Positions 7,541-15,646 of a stretch of DNA of 16,688 nt are shown piece by piece. Source of the stretch: Methanocella sp. (GTDB lineage Archaea; Thermoproteota; Bathyarchaeia; Bathyarchaeales; Bathycorpusculaceae); the NCBI GenBank assembly GCA_050261115.1, contig JBLNCY010000014.1:1-16688 (forward strand). The letters are read 5' to 3'. Under the pieces are notes generated by a model. That model was not told where the DNA came from, did not search any database, and saw only the letters and a list, made by a program, of their open reading frames with translations. The translations under genes were made by a program, and so were the position numbers. Within the stretch, counting starts at the first letter, position 1. The number at the start of each line of letters is the position of its first letter.

Positions 7541-9016
7541 TTAGCTCTTTAGCTGGGGCAAACGTACTGTGAATGTTGTACCTCGCCCAACTTCGCTCTC
7601 AAAGCTAACAATGCCGCCCAAGGCTTCAGTCATGCGTTTAACAACTACCAACCCGAACCCTTGCCCTTTTGATTTTGTGGTAAATAGAGGCGTAAACATT
7701 TTCGTCTTATTTTCTTCGGATATTCCAACACCGGTATCTTGAATGGTAACCACGTTATCCCCTGCTTCTTGATATGACTTAATGACCAGCGTTCCACCGT
7801 TAGGCATCGCCTGAACTGCGTTGCTCACCAGATTAGACAAAATACGCTTCAATAGATCAGGATCAGTAACCAGTCTCTTGACCTCTAGCTGGCAGACTAC
7901 TTCAACCTCAGCAGGAACAGCTGTCTTTTCCAAAACCTCCCTGCTTAATACCTCTAGGTCAACTACGCCAGCTTTAGGTATAATGTTCTTAGCATAATCT
8001 TGAAGGTCTTGAACAACCTTGTTAGCATAGTCTAATTCGATGTCCATACTCGTTAAGCTTTCTTTTATGCTCTCTTTTTCTCTGCTTTCAGGCATGGACT
8101 CTAAATCTGACTTAATTAAGTAGACATCACTGGCAAGAGATTGAAGTGGATTACGAATATCATGCCCAACCATGCCCGCTACTTGACCAATAAGGGACAT
8201 TCTCTGAGCATCTTGCAGTTGCCTAGCCTTTTCATCGATGTTTTTTTGCATTTCCACATACCGGGTTATGTCTTGCAAGCCGCCAATGATTCGCTGAGGA
8301 TTCCCCGCTTTATCCAATAGCACTTTCGCAACCCCTTGAACAGTTATGTAATGACAAGCTTTGCCATGTATCCGGTACTCATTCACTACTCTATTGACTC
8401 GTCCCGTGGGATTAAATTGCTCAGAAGCTATTTTGACGTCGTCAGGATGAATTTGGCTTATCCACCAATCAATCGTGGCAGGTACCTCGCCAACAGAATA
8501 ACCCAGAAGTTGTTCCAGCCCCCTTATAACGGATACCTTCTTAGTTCTTAGGTCAATCTCGTAAATCATCATTCCAGAGACTTCTACTACATATTTTAGC
8601 CGTTGATTACTCTCAAAAAGCCATTGATCAACATCAACCCTTTGAGTGATGTCCCGCATTATTGACAATAAACCTGTTTTGTTACCTTCCCGGTCCTTGA
8701 TTACGCTGACAGCCGATTCAATAACTGCTTTGCTACCGTCGGGTCGCTGTTGAATGTTTATGCCCTGCCAGAAACCTTCTTTTTCTAATTCTAAGATGGC
8801 TTTATGTTCATCCTCTGAACTAAACCATAACTGACTATAGACCTGTGTTAATTCTGACCCGAGGGCTTTTTCTCTACCAATATTGTAGTATTTAGCAGCT
8901 GCATTGTTTATGTAAGTGATTTTATTGTTTTCGTCAACAGCAACAATTGCATCCCTAATTTGATCTAATGCACCATGCTGTATAAGGGAGGTCAAAAAAT
9001 CTTTATGCGGCTGCAT
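7541..9016 (-). CDS. Cytoplasmic PAS-PAS sensor histidine kinase (HisKA + HATPase)
   Basis: PAS motifs (DAIVAVDENNKITYINNAA; IHPDD). H-box GHDIRNPL, N-box NLVSNAVQAM, G1 DTGVGI, F-box FTPLFTTK, G2 GQGFGL. No TM helix. Confidence 0.95.
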   Translation of the reverse strand: MQPHKDFLTSLIQHGALDQIRDAIVAVDENNKITYINNAAAKYYNIGREKALGSELTQVYSQLWFSSEDEHKAILELEKEGFWQGINIQQRPDGSKAVIESAVSVIKDREGNKTGLLSIMRDITQRVDVDQWLFESNQRLKYVVEVSGMMIYEIDLRTKKVSVIRGLEQLLGYSVGEVPATIDWWISQIHPDDVKIASEQFNPTGRVNRVVNEYRIHGKACHYITVQGVAKVLLDKAGNPQRIIGGLQDITRYVEMQKNIDEKARQLQDAQRMSLIGQVAGMVGHDIRNPLQSLASDVYLIKSDLESMPESREKESIKESLTSMDIELDYANKVVQDLQDYAKNIIPKAGVVDLEVLSREVLEKTAVPAEVEVVCQLEVKRLVTDPDLLKRILSNLVSNAVQAMPNGGTLVIKSYQEAGDNVVTIQDTGVGISEENKTKMFTPLFTTKSKGQGFGLVVVKRMTEALGGIVSFESEVGRGTTFTVRLPQLKS

Positions 9017-9037
9017 AGCTAGAAAGTAGCTGTATAC

Positions 9038-9046
9038 TATTTATAA
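9038..9046 (-). promoter_or_regulatory. Putative TATA box of the histidine kinase gene (likely leaderless)
   Basis: Minus strand TTATAAATA ends about 22 nt before ATG 9016 and is preceded by purine-rich GAGAA. Confidence 0.5.
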
Positions 9047-9140
9047 TATTCTCGGTCGGGTTGTTTTAAGGAAATTACGTTGCCTTCCATTTGGCTTCAC
9101 GGTTGCCAAGTCTTAGTTGTTTCCCTAAACCCCAACCCAT

Positions 9141-9611
9141 TCAATGCTTAGAGGATTTGAGAAGGGTTTGGCGCTTTGCAGCACTAGAATAGACAGAGAA
9201 AAACAGAACCGCCATCAACAACCCAACCTTATACAGAGTCACCCCTTGGATAAGCGAAAAAGCAACCAAAACAACAGGTACCACACTCAAGAGCAGATAA
9301 GCCCAAGGGAACAGCTTCAGAGCCTTGGCATTAACATTGGGGGTTTTTTCGTTGCCAAAGAATAGGCTGGGCAGTTTCCCCATGCCGATGGTGCAGTTCT
9401 TGCAGTAGTAACAGGTTACACAGCCCTTCTTGCCAAGCTTATAGAACACCAAAAACCCAGCTAGAGCGATGTAGGGGATTGCCGCATAAGGGTAGAATAG
9501 CGCAAGGGATAGGGAACCAAGGACGATCCAGACCGCTATCAGCAAGTTGCCCAGCAGCAGGGAAGTCAAGGGATAATATTTACTGTTTCTATTTTCGGTT
9601 GGGTGAGTCAT
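9141..9611 (-). CDS. Hypothetical 4-TM membrane protein with CxxCxxCxxC motif
   Basis: ATG 9611 overlaps the GMC stop (ATGA). 156 aa, with KGCVTCYYCKNCTIGMG between TM2 and TM3. Confidence 0.75.
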   Translation of the reverse strand: MTHPTENRNSKYYPLTSLLLGNLLIAVWIVLGSLSLALFYPYAAIPYIALAGFLVFYKLGKKGCVTCYYCKNCTIGMGKLPSLFFGNEKTPNVNAKALKLFPWAYLLLSVVPVVLVAFSLIQGVTLYKVGLLMAVLFFSVYSSAAKRQTLLKSSKH

Positions 9612-10906
9612 CTTTTGCTGTTCGCCTCTACAATTTTTTTGGAGACCTTTAGGGCTAATGCTGCGGTGGTTAGCATAGTCGGCAAGCCCTGGGAGTGGGG
9701 CAAAAGTGAGAGATCTGCAACCCAAAGACCCTCAGGCAACATATCCGAATGCATCGATGCAACGTCAGCTTTAGTCAGGGGCACTGTGCCGCCTAAATGG
9801 CCCCCATGAATCATGCCATCAACAAACGGCCCTAAAACACCCGATGCCTCCATAATCTGCTTAGCCTCAGCCTTAGCCTTCTCCAAGCTGTCAATGTCTG
9901 TTTGGGTTAAAGTTTTAGTTACAGTGCCGTCGGCCGATACGGCGCCGTGTTCGGTGTCTGCAAGCTTAATCATCATGCCAACTCTGTCACTGACGGCGAC
10001 GTTTTTCCAGGGTTTGTGGAACCAGTAGGAGAGTAAGTCAAAGTAGGGGGAGAGTATGTAGTTGTCTTTTTTGATGTACCAAGCCATCGGGGGTTCATTG
10101 AGCATTTTGGCGCCTCTTAAAACGCCTCCAACTGTTAGGACGATGTCGACCCATAAGCGGTCTTTAGCTTCAAGACCTGAAGCCTTTAGGATTTGCGGGG
10201 TGCCTACACCGCCTGCAGCTAAAACAACCACATCAGCGCTGTAAAACTCTCTTTGTGGACCGCGAAGGACCTCTACTCCCACAGCTTTGGCGCCTTCTAC
10301 CCGGACCTTTTTGACAGCCGTATTCGTCTGTAAGGTAACGCCACTGCCCAACAGGTCACGGTATACACGACGACTATCCCATTTAGCGCCGGTTACGCAA
10401 CCTAACTCACAGTAGCCACAGCCAATACATCTACCAACGTCCACCACTTTAGGTGTTGACTTCGGATTATACCCTAACTGTTCTGCTTTACTGTACATGT
10501 GTTGAGTTAGAGGCCGCCATAGCTTTCTTGGAATGGGGGCGATTATTAGTGACCGCTCGATTTCGCCATATTCCGCCGATAGGTCAAGACCAATTTCGTT
10601 TAAGCCGTTTTCCGCACGCACCATATTACCGCATGAGATTGAGGTGCAGCCTCCCTCGGTTACACCCCGGAAAACGGCAAGCTCTCTGCAGCCGCGGGTA
10701 ACTGCATAATGTGGAAAGACACGTTTGATTGAGGATTCATCTTTGAGTATGAATGATCCACGGAGGGCGCTTAGCCAGGACACTTTGTGGGTGAGAGGGC
10801 TAAAGGGTTTGCCTGCTTCGAGTATGGTTACGTCGTAGCCGCTTTCTGATAGTTTGCGGGCTGCGGTTGCGCCTCCGGCGCCTGATCCGACAACGATTGC
10901 TTTCAT
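9608..10906 (-). CDS. GMC-family FAD oxidoreductase with Cys cluster (Fe-S-type CxxCxxCxxxC)
   Basis: GSGAGG dinucleotide motif, LEAG, CIGCGYCELGC..GAKW, VVLAAGGVGTPQIL, GHLGGT, VADLSLLP and PTMLT. Confidence 0.88.
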   Translation of the reverse strand: MKAIVVGSGAGGATAARKLSESGYDVTILEAGKPFSPLTHKVSWLSALRGSFILKDESSIKRVFPHYAVTRGCRELAVFRGVTEGGCTSISCGNMVRAENGLNEIGLDLSAEYGEIERSLIIAPIPRKLWRPLTQHMYSKAEQLGYNPKSTPKVVDVGRCIGCGYCELGCVTGAKWDSRRVYRDLLGSGVTLQTNTAVKKVRVEGAKAVGVEVLRGPQREFYSADVVVLAAGGVGTPQILKASGLEAKDRLWVDIVLTVGGVLRGAKMLNEPPMAWYIKKDNYILSPYFDLLSYWFHKPWKNVAVSDRVGMMIKLADTEHGAVSADGTVTKTLTQTDIDSLEKAKAEAKQIMEASGVLGPFVDGMIHGGHLGGTVPLTKADVASMHSDMLPEGLWVADLSLLPHSQGLPTMLTTAALALKVSKKIVEANSKR

Positions 10907-11520
10907 GGATGGGTCTCCTTTGTTTTGAATTCGAGGTTGGCTTTGCAGTTCTGGCAGCCGCCTGTTATGTACTGAGTGAATTTCATGGTTACGTTTGGCT
11001 GTAAACCTGCTATGACGCCTTCGTCAGTGGCGCTTAGGACTTCACAGGTAAGCTTAGAATACTGCTCTGTAAGTGCACAGCGTTCTATGACCGCGACGGC
11101 GTTGGCTTGGTCTTGCCATTCGATATGGAAGCCTATGCCTAGGATACGGTAGAGGATTTTTGATGCTTTGATAAGGTCGTTGGGGTTTTCGCCAACACCT
11201 AGTTTGCGTCGAGTTTGCCTGCCAAGGTCCACTCCTACTGCAAATAGGGCTTCTCTGCCCAATGAAACCGCCCTGTCTCTGCCAATTGATGAGGCCAACG
11301 CATCAACCATCTGGGCATGCATCTGTGCCATGGCTGCTCTCCGAGCTTTAACACCCTTAGAGGTCAGCAGAGGATCATTTTGCGGGATTTGCTGCTTAGG
11401 GGCATAAGTGGCAAGCAAGGAGCAAAGCGCAGCGTTAGTCTGATCTGAAAGGTTCCGAAGCTCTCGCCGAATCACATAGCTGGGTGTCCAGAAGTAAAGA
11501 AACGCAAGTCGAAGCCCCAT
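10903..11520 (-). CDS. L-2-amino-thiazoline-4-carboxylate hydrolase-like / V4R-fold protein
   Basis: GREALFAVGVDLG helix, followed by IERCAL...TCEVLSATDEGVIAGL...FTQYITGGCQNC. ATG 11520 lies 1 nt after the upstream stop. Confidence 0.65.
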   Translation of the reverse strand: MGLRLAFLYFWTPSYVIRRELRNLSDQTNAALCSLLATYAPKQQIPQNDPLLTSKGVKARRAAMAQMHAQMVDALASSIGRDRAVSLGREALFAVGVDLGRQTRRKLGVGENPNDLIKASKILYRILGIGFHIEWQDQANAVAVIERCALTEQYSKLTCEVLSATDEGVIAGLQPNVTMKFTQYITGGCQNCKANLEFKTKETHP

Positions 11521-11521
11521 C

Positions 11522-14302
11522 TTATTCACCTTGCTCCATGCCGCCAAAATGCACCGCACCCTCTAGGGGGACACCTGTGTAGAGTGAGCTGATTATGCTG
11601 GCGTAATTTTGAGAGACTACATTCCGTTTGAGTTTAAGGTTAGGAGTCAATTCACCCCGCTCTATGCTCAAGTTGTTAGGTAATATGGCCCAGCACTTGA
11701 TTTTCTCGGGATTTGAGAGGCGCAGGTTCATCTCTTCCATGGAGCGGTCGACGGCGTCAAAGGTGGCTTGGTTATAGTGGTTTTTGTCTACCCATGCAAG
11801 TGCGGTACAGTAAGGCTTAGATTCCCCAAGCACCAATGCCTCATTGACTTGTGGGAGCTCTCGTATCATGCCCTCAATTTTGCCTTGATAGATGCATTTT
11901 CCGTAGGAGGTTTTGATGAGTTCTTTTTTGCGGCCATATATTATGAGGCTGCCTTCGGGTGTTATTTGGCCTATGTCACCAGTCATTAACCAGCCATCTT
12001 TGAAAGGCGGAGTGAGCGATTTGTCAAAGTAGCCGGCGGTTACTTGGGGGCCCCGAACCATAATTTCTCCATCCTCTGCAGTTTTGACTTCGGTGAAGGG
12101 CATGGGTTCACCTACGGTTCCCAACCGGTTTCTACGCAGACGATTAAGCGTAATTAGAGGCGCCTCAGTTAAGCCATAGGCATTGTAAATCTCAACACCC
12201 AGCCTGCGGTAATTCCCTAAGAGCTCATCGCTGCAGCTTGCTGAGCCAACTATCAACTGGGCACATTTATTCAGACCAGCCCGCTTAAGAGTGGCAGATC
12301 TGATTGTGCGCCTCAGCGCTGCCTTCAGCAAGCGGCTTTTGGTGTATACGTATTTTTTTCCGATAGAATTCTTTTCTAAGGCTTCCCACACTTTTTCGTA
12401 CACTCGAGGAACCGAAAAGAAAATCGTCGGTTTTATACGGGGCAACTCGCTTTGGAGACGGCGGAAGTCTTCTAAGAAGTAAATCGTAACAGGGGCAGGT
12501 ATGTAGTAAGGTGCATACGTCGCCAAGATGCCTTCAACGACATGCCCCATGGGTAAAAATGATAGGTAACTGCAGGAACGGTTTCTTGCCTTCCAGGGGG
12601 TTATGGAAACTATTGATTCAGCCATGTAACGCAGGTTATCATGGCAAAAGATTGCGCCTTTGGGTTTGCCCGTAGTGCCCGAAGAATACCGAAGAGTAGC
12701 TATATCACCGAAACCGACGGGTGCTTTGACGGGTTGAGAGATATTTTGGGCTTTAGATAGAAATTCATCCCAAGAAGTTACCTCGATTCCGCCTGGCGCA
12801 GGAGTTCTGCAAATAGATACGATTGGGACATCACGGGTAAATTCTTTGGCGCGGGATAACAAGCTAGGCATGCCGACGAAGAATAATTTGGCGCCGCTTG
12901 CCAAGAGAACATCGTTAATGTCAGCGGGCGGCGTTGTATAGTAAAGCGGAACACTTATTGCACCGACTAAACCGATAGCAATGTCAACGGCTAAGTACTT
13001 AGTACTGTTTAAGCCAGTTATGGCCACACGGTCACCTGCACCTATTCCCAAACATTTCAGGGCACTGGCAGCCGCAAGAATATCTTGACGCATTTCCTGC
13101 GCAGACTTCTTTACGAGTTTACCTTCGATTATGTCGTAGTAGGTGACGAGGTATCGTTGGCTTTCAAGCCTAAAGAGCACCTGCTCATGTACAGTGCGAT
13201 CAGAGCGGTGAAAGAAACTATTGTAAACGGCATAGGTAAGTAGCCTTGGCATAACCTCCTGCCAATGAAACCGATAGGCCCCCAGTAGGCTGTCGATGTT
13301 TGAGCGGTCAAATCGGCGATTTTCACTGAAATACGGCGATAACGAAATAAGCGCATCAAAAACCTTGCGGTCGCCGCTGAATGCCTTTTGGATCTTAATG
13401 GCGACCTTTAGCTGAGAAGGGGACATCGGCAGAAAGATTGGCTTAGCAAGTTTGCTGTCCAATTCGGTTTTAGCCCATTTCTGCACATAATCCATCACTT
13501 CCCCCAGCCTTGGCAGTGTCTCGTAGGGCGCAACGGTATGGAATGTTTTTCCCAATGCTTTAGGATCAAAAGTAAGCTGCACCACCGCTTTAGCCACGTA
13601 ATCAACAGGGACAATGTTTAACCGTAACGAACGGCTCACGGGCAGCAGACGCATTCTACCTGTTAAGTATAGCCTTAGGGGGAAGTAGAAAGTGTTGAAG
13701 GTCTTAATTGCGCCCGTCTGTGAGTCTCCAACAACCATGGAAGGCCGAAAAACCGAGATAGGCAGCTGAGTTTTTGCGCTGCTGATGAGTTGTTCGCCTT
13801 CGTATTTGCTGCGTTCATAATCGGTGGCGAAACCGTACTGGTCGGTTAGCTGCTCCTCAGAAACTGTGCCGGTTGCTCCTCCCGCGACGTATGCAGTGGA
13901 GATATGTGATAGCCGCTCTATATTGGGGGTTTGTTTAGCGAATTCGATTATGTTGGCTGTTCCTTGCACGTTGGTTTTGCGGAGTTCGTCAAGGGGAAGC
14001 AGGCGCCAGTCGGCGGCGGTATGGATGATGTGGGTAACTTTCCCTGCAATATCACGGTATTGTTCTTGGGGCATGCCTAGGTTTGGCTGGGTAACATCGC
14101 CGCTCACTGCTTGAATTCTAACATTTAGGGCAGCGGTTAATTCGGGGTAATCCCACCATTCCCGCAGAAGCTTTGCCTTTGCATCTTCGGGGTTCTTGGC
14201 GCGTACAAGTGCAAAAACCACAACATCCGCTCTGGATAGCAAGGCCCGCGCTATATGGGTGGCAATGAATCCATTTGCGCCAGTTAAGAGGACGCACTTC
14301 AA
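11522..14302 (-). CDS. Fusion: N-terminal extended SDR (fatty acyl-CoA/thioester reductase, NAD_binding_4-like) plus C-terminal long-chain acyl-CoA synthetase (AMP-binding)
   Basis: SDR motifs LLTGANGFIA, GDVTQPNLG, IIHTAA, NVQGT, HISTAYVAG, YERSK and RPSMVVG. ANL motifs YSSGTTGKPKG, FLPMGH, AYGLTE, TGDIG, GRKKELIK and LTPNLKLKR. Start is TTG 14302 (TTGA overlap, GGTGG SD) or GTG 14311. Confidence 0.92.
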   Translation of the reverse strand: MKCVLLTGANGFIATHIARALLSRADVVVFALVRAKNPEDAKAKLLREWWDYPELTAALNVRIQAVSGDVTQPNLGMPQEQYRDIAGKVTHIIHTAADWRLLPLDELRKTNVQGTANIIEFAKQTPNIERLSHISTAYVAGGATGTVSEEQLTDQYGFATDYERSKYEGEQLISSAKTQLPISVFRPSMVVGDSQTGAIKTFNTFYFPLRLYLTGRMRLLPVSRSLRLNIVPVDYVAKAVVQLTFDPKALGKTFHTVAPYETLPRLGEVMDYVQKWAKTELDSKLAKPIFLPMSPSQLKVAIKIQKAFSGDRKVFDALISLSPYFSENRRFDRSNIDSLLGAYRFHWQEVMPRLLTYAVYNSFFHRSDRTVHEQVLFRLESQRYLVTYYDIIEGKLVKKSAQEMRQDILAAASALKCLGIGAGDRVAITGLNSTKYLAVDIAIGLVGAISVPLYYTTPPADINDVLLASGAKLFFVGMPSLLSRAKEFTRDVPIVSICRTPAPGGIEVTSWDEFLSKAQNISQPVKAPVGFGDIATLRYSSGTTGKPKGAIFCHDNLRYMAESIVSITPWKARNRSCSYLSFLPMGHVVEGILATYAPYYIPAPVTIYFLEDFRRLQSELPRIKPTIFFSVPRVYEKVWEALEKNSIGKKYVYTKSRLLKAALRRTIRSATLKRAGLNKCAQLIVGSASCSDELLGNYRRLGVEIYNAYGLTEAPLITLNRLRRNRLGTVGEPMPFTEVKTAEDGEIMVRGPQVTAGYFDKSLTPPFKDGWLMTGDIGQITPEGSLIIYGRKKELIKTSYGKCIYQGKIEGMIRELPQVNEALVLGESKPYCTALAWVDKNHYNQATFDAVDRSMEEMNLRLSNPEKIKCWAILPNNLSIERGELTPNLKLKRNVVSQNYASIISSLYTGVPLEGAVHFGGMEQGE

Positions 14303-15528
14303 GGTAGCCACCGCGAATAATTCGTCTCAAGGAACGCCCTAAAGAGCTGCTGGTTTCTTTTTTCCCGTTCAGCATAGCTTTCGTAGCCTGTCTTGAGCTG
14401 GTTTTTTAGTGTGCTGTATTGGTTAAAGAGTGCTTCCACGTTCTCGCTTAGCTTTTTGTACCTGTCAGGGTCCTCATGGTCAACGAATAATTCGGGGATG
14501 CCTAGGTCGCTGTAGAAGTCTTGGATGCGAAGATCATGGCCGATGGCTGTTTGAGGGATAAGACTAGGCAGGGATAGCACACCAGCATGGTAACGTGAAG
14601 TAATCAGTAAATCCAAGCTACGCAGTATACTGGTCATTTGCGAAGCGTTGTACTGATTGGAGCTAAAGACCTTCGTGCGGTCCGCATGCTTCATGCGCCT
14701 CTGAATGCGCTCCACAAAGGACACATCCAACCCCTCCATGCTAAGCAACGCCACGTCTTTGTCATACCGCTCAACGATCTCGTCTGCTTGAACCGCCAAG
14801 ACATCTATGAGCAATTCACTTTTCGCTTTGCAATGCTTAGAATGCTGATAGTAGTAGGGCCAGCGGTAACAGTATTTCTTCTGGTCCCAAAGCCGCATCT
14901 GAACCGGCCAAATGTAGATGTCCTCAGCAGCAATACCCACAACATTAGAAGCCTCAGGCCAGACCCGCCTAAGTAAGCCACTATCTTCGGGTTTCGGCTG
15001 GAAAGAAAACGCATTATCAGCAGTAACTTCAATGGGGGCCGTTACCTGCCAACTCTTTAGGCGCTCAGCCGCCTTCCTAGTCCGCGCCAGTATCAGGTCC
15101 GTTTTGCTTGCTTCGCGTCGAATTAGCCAACGGTTAAAGCGGGAAGCGCTGCCAGCATCAACCGAATAGGCAACACAAGGCTTCCCCATTTGACGAGCAT
15201 ACCGTGTCGCTAAGAGATAATACCAAAGAAGCGCAGGACTCCAAGTATCCATGTAAGTGCTCCCCTCCACAAGCAAAACCAAATCATTCTGCTTCACGAG
15301 ACGATAAATGTCGACTGGAAAGGTTGAGGGGCGGACGGTTTCTATTTTCAGTGTTTGTGTTTCTTGGAGGTAGCGTTTTAGATTGGCCATGTTTAGGGAG
15401 GGTACGGTTAGGATGGCGTCTGGTCCAAGGATCGATCGGATTTCGTTGATGATGACTAGGAGCTTGGCTTCCGCTCCAGTGTTGTTTGCACCGTTATAGC
15501 CAACTAGCAGAACTTTTGGCGGATTCAA
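14299..15528 (-). CDS. Polysaccharide pyruvyl transferase family (WcaK/CsaB-like, GT-B fold) protein
   Basis: VLLVGYNGANNTGAEA, ILARTRKAAERL, VTADNAF and LDLLITSRYHAGVLS. AAGGAG lies upstream of the TTG start. Confidence 0.85.
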   Translation of the reverse strand: MNPPKVLLVGYNGANNTGAEAKLLVIINEIRSILGPDAILTVPSLNMANLKRYLQETQTLKIETVRPSTFPVDIYRLVKQNDLVLLVEGSTYMDTWSPALLWYYLLATRYARQMGKPCVAYSVDAGSASRFNRWLIRREASKTDLILARTRKAAERLKSWQVTAPIEVTADNAFSFQPKPEDSGLLRRVWPEASNVVGIAAEDIYIWPVQMRLWDQKKYCYRWPYYYQHSKHCKAKSELLIDVLAVQADEIVERYDKDVALLSMEGLDVSFVERIQRRMKHADRTKVFSSNQYNASQMTSILRSLDLLITSRYHAGVLSLPSLIPQTAIGHDLRIQDFYSDLGIPELFVDHEDPDRYKKLSENVEALFNQYSTLKNQLKTGYESYAEREKRNQQLFRAFLETNYSRWLP

Positions 15529-15646
15529 CTTGTGGGATACTCCTTTTTGCGGGTACTTATAGTTGTTCTTTTAAGCCAACTCTCAGGCTATCTTGATCAT
15601 TAAGCACATTACAGTCGTGGAAGCTATAGCCCCAACAGTTAGAAGA

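Noticed and set aside
7228-7572. 114-aa plus-strand ORF
   Set aside because: It is antisense to the SRPBCC pseudogene and the kinase end, with no motifs.
9612-9725. N-terminal extension of the 194-aa ORF 9141..9725
   Set aside because: It overlaps the GMC gene. ATG 9611 with an ATGA overlap is the better start.
11521-11559. N-terminal extension of ORF 10903..11559
   Set aside because: It overlaps the fusion gene's 3' end. ATG 11520 directly follows that stop.
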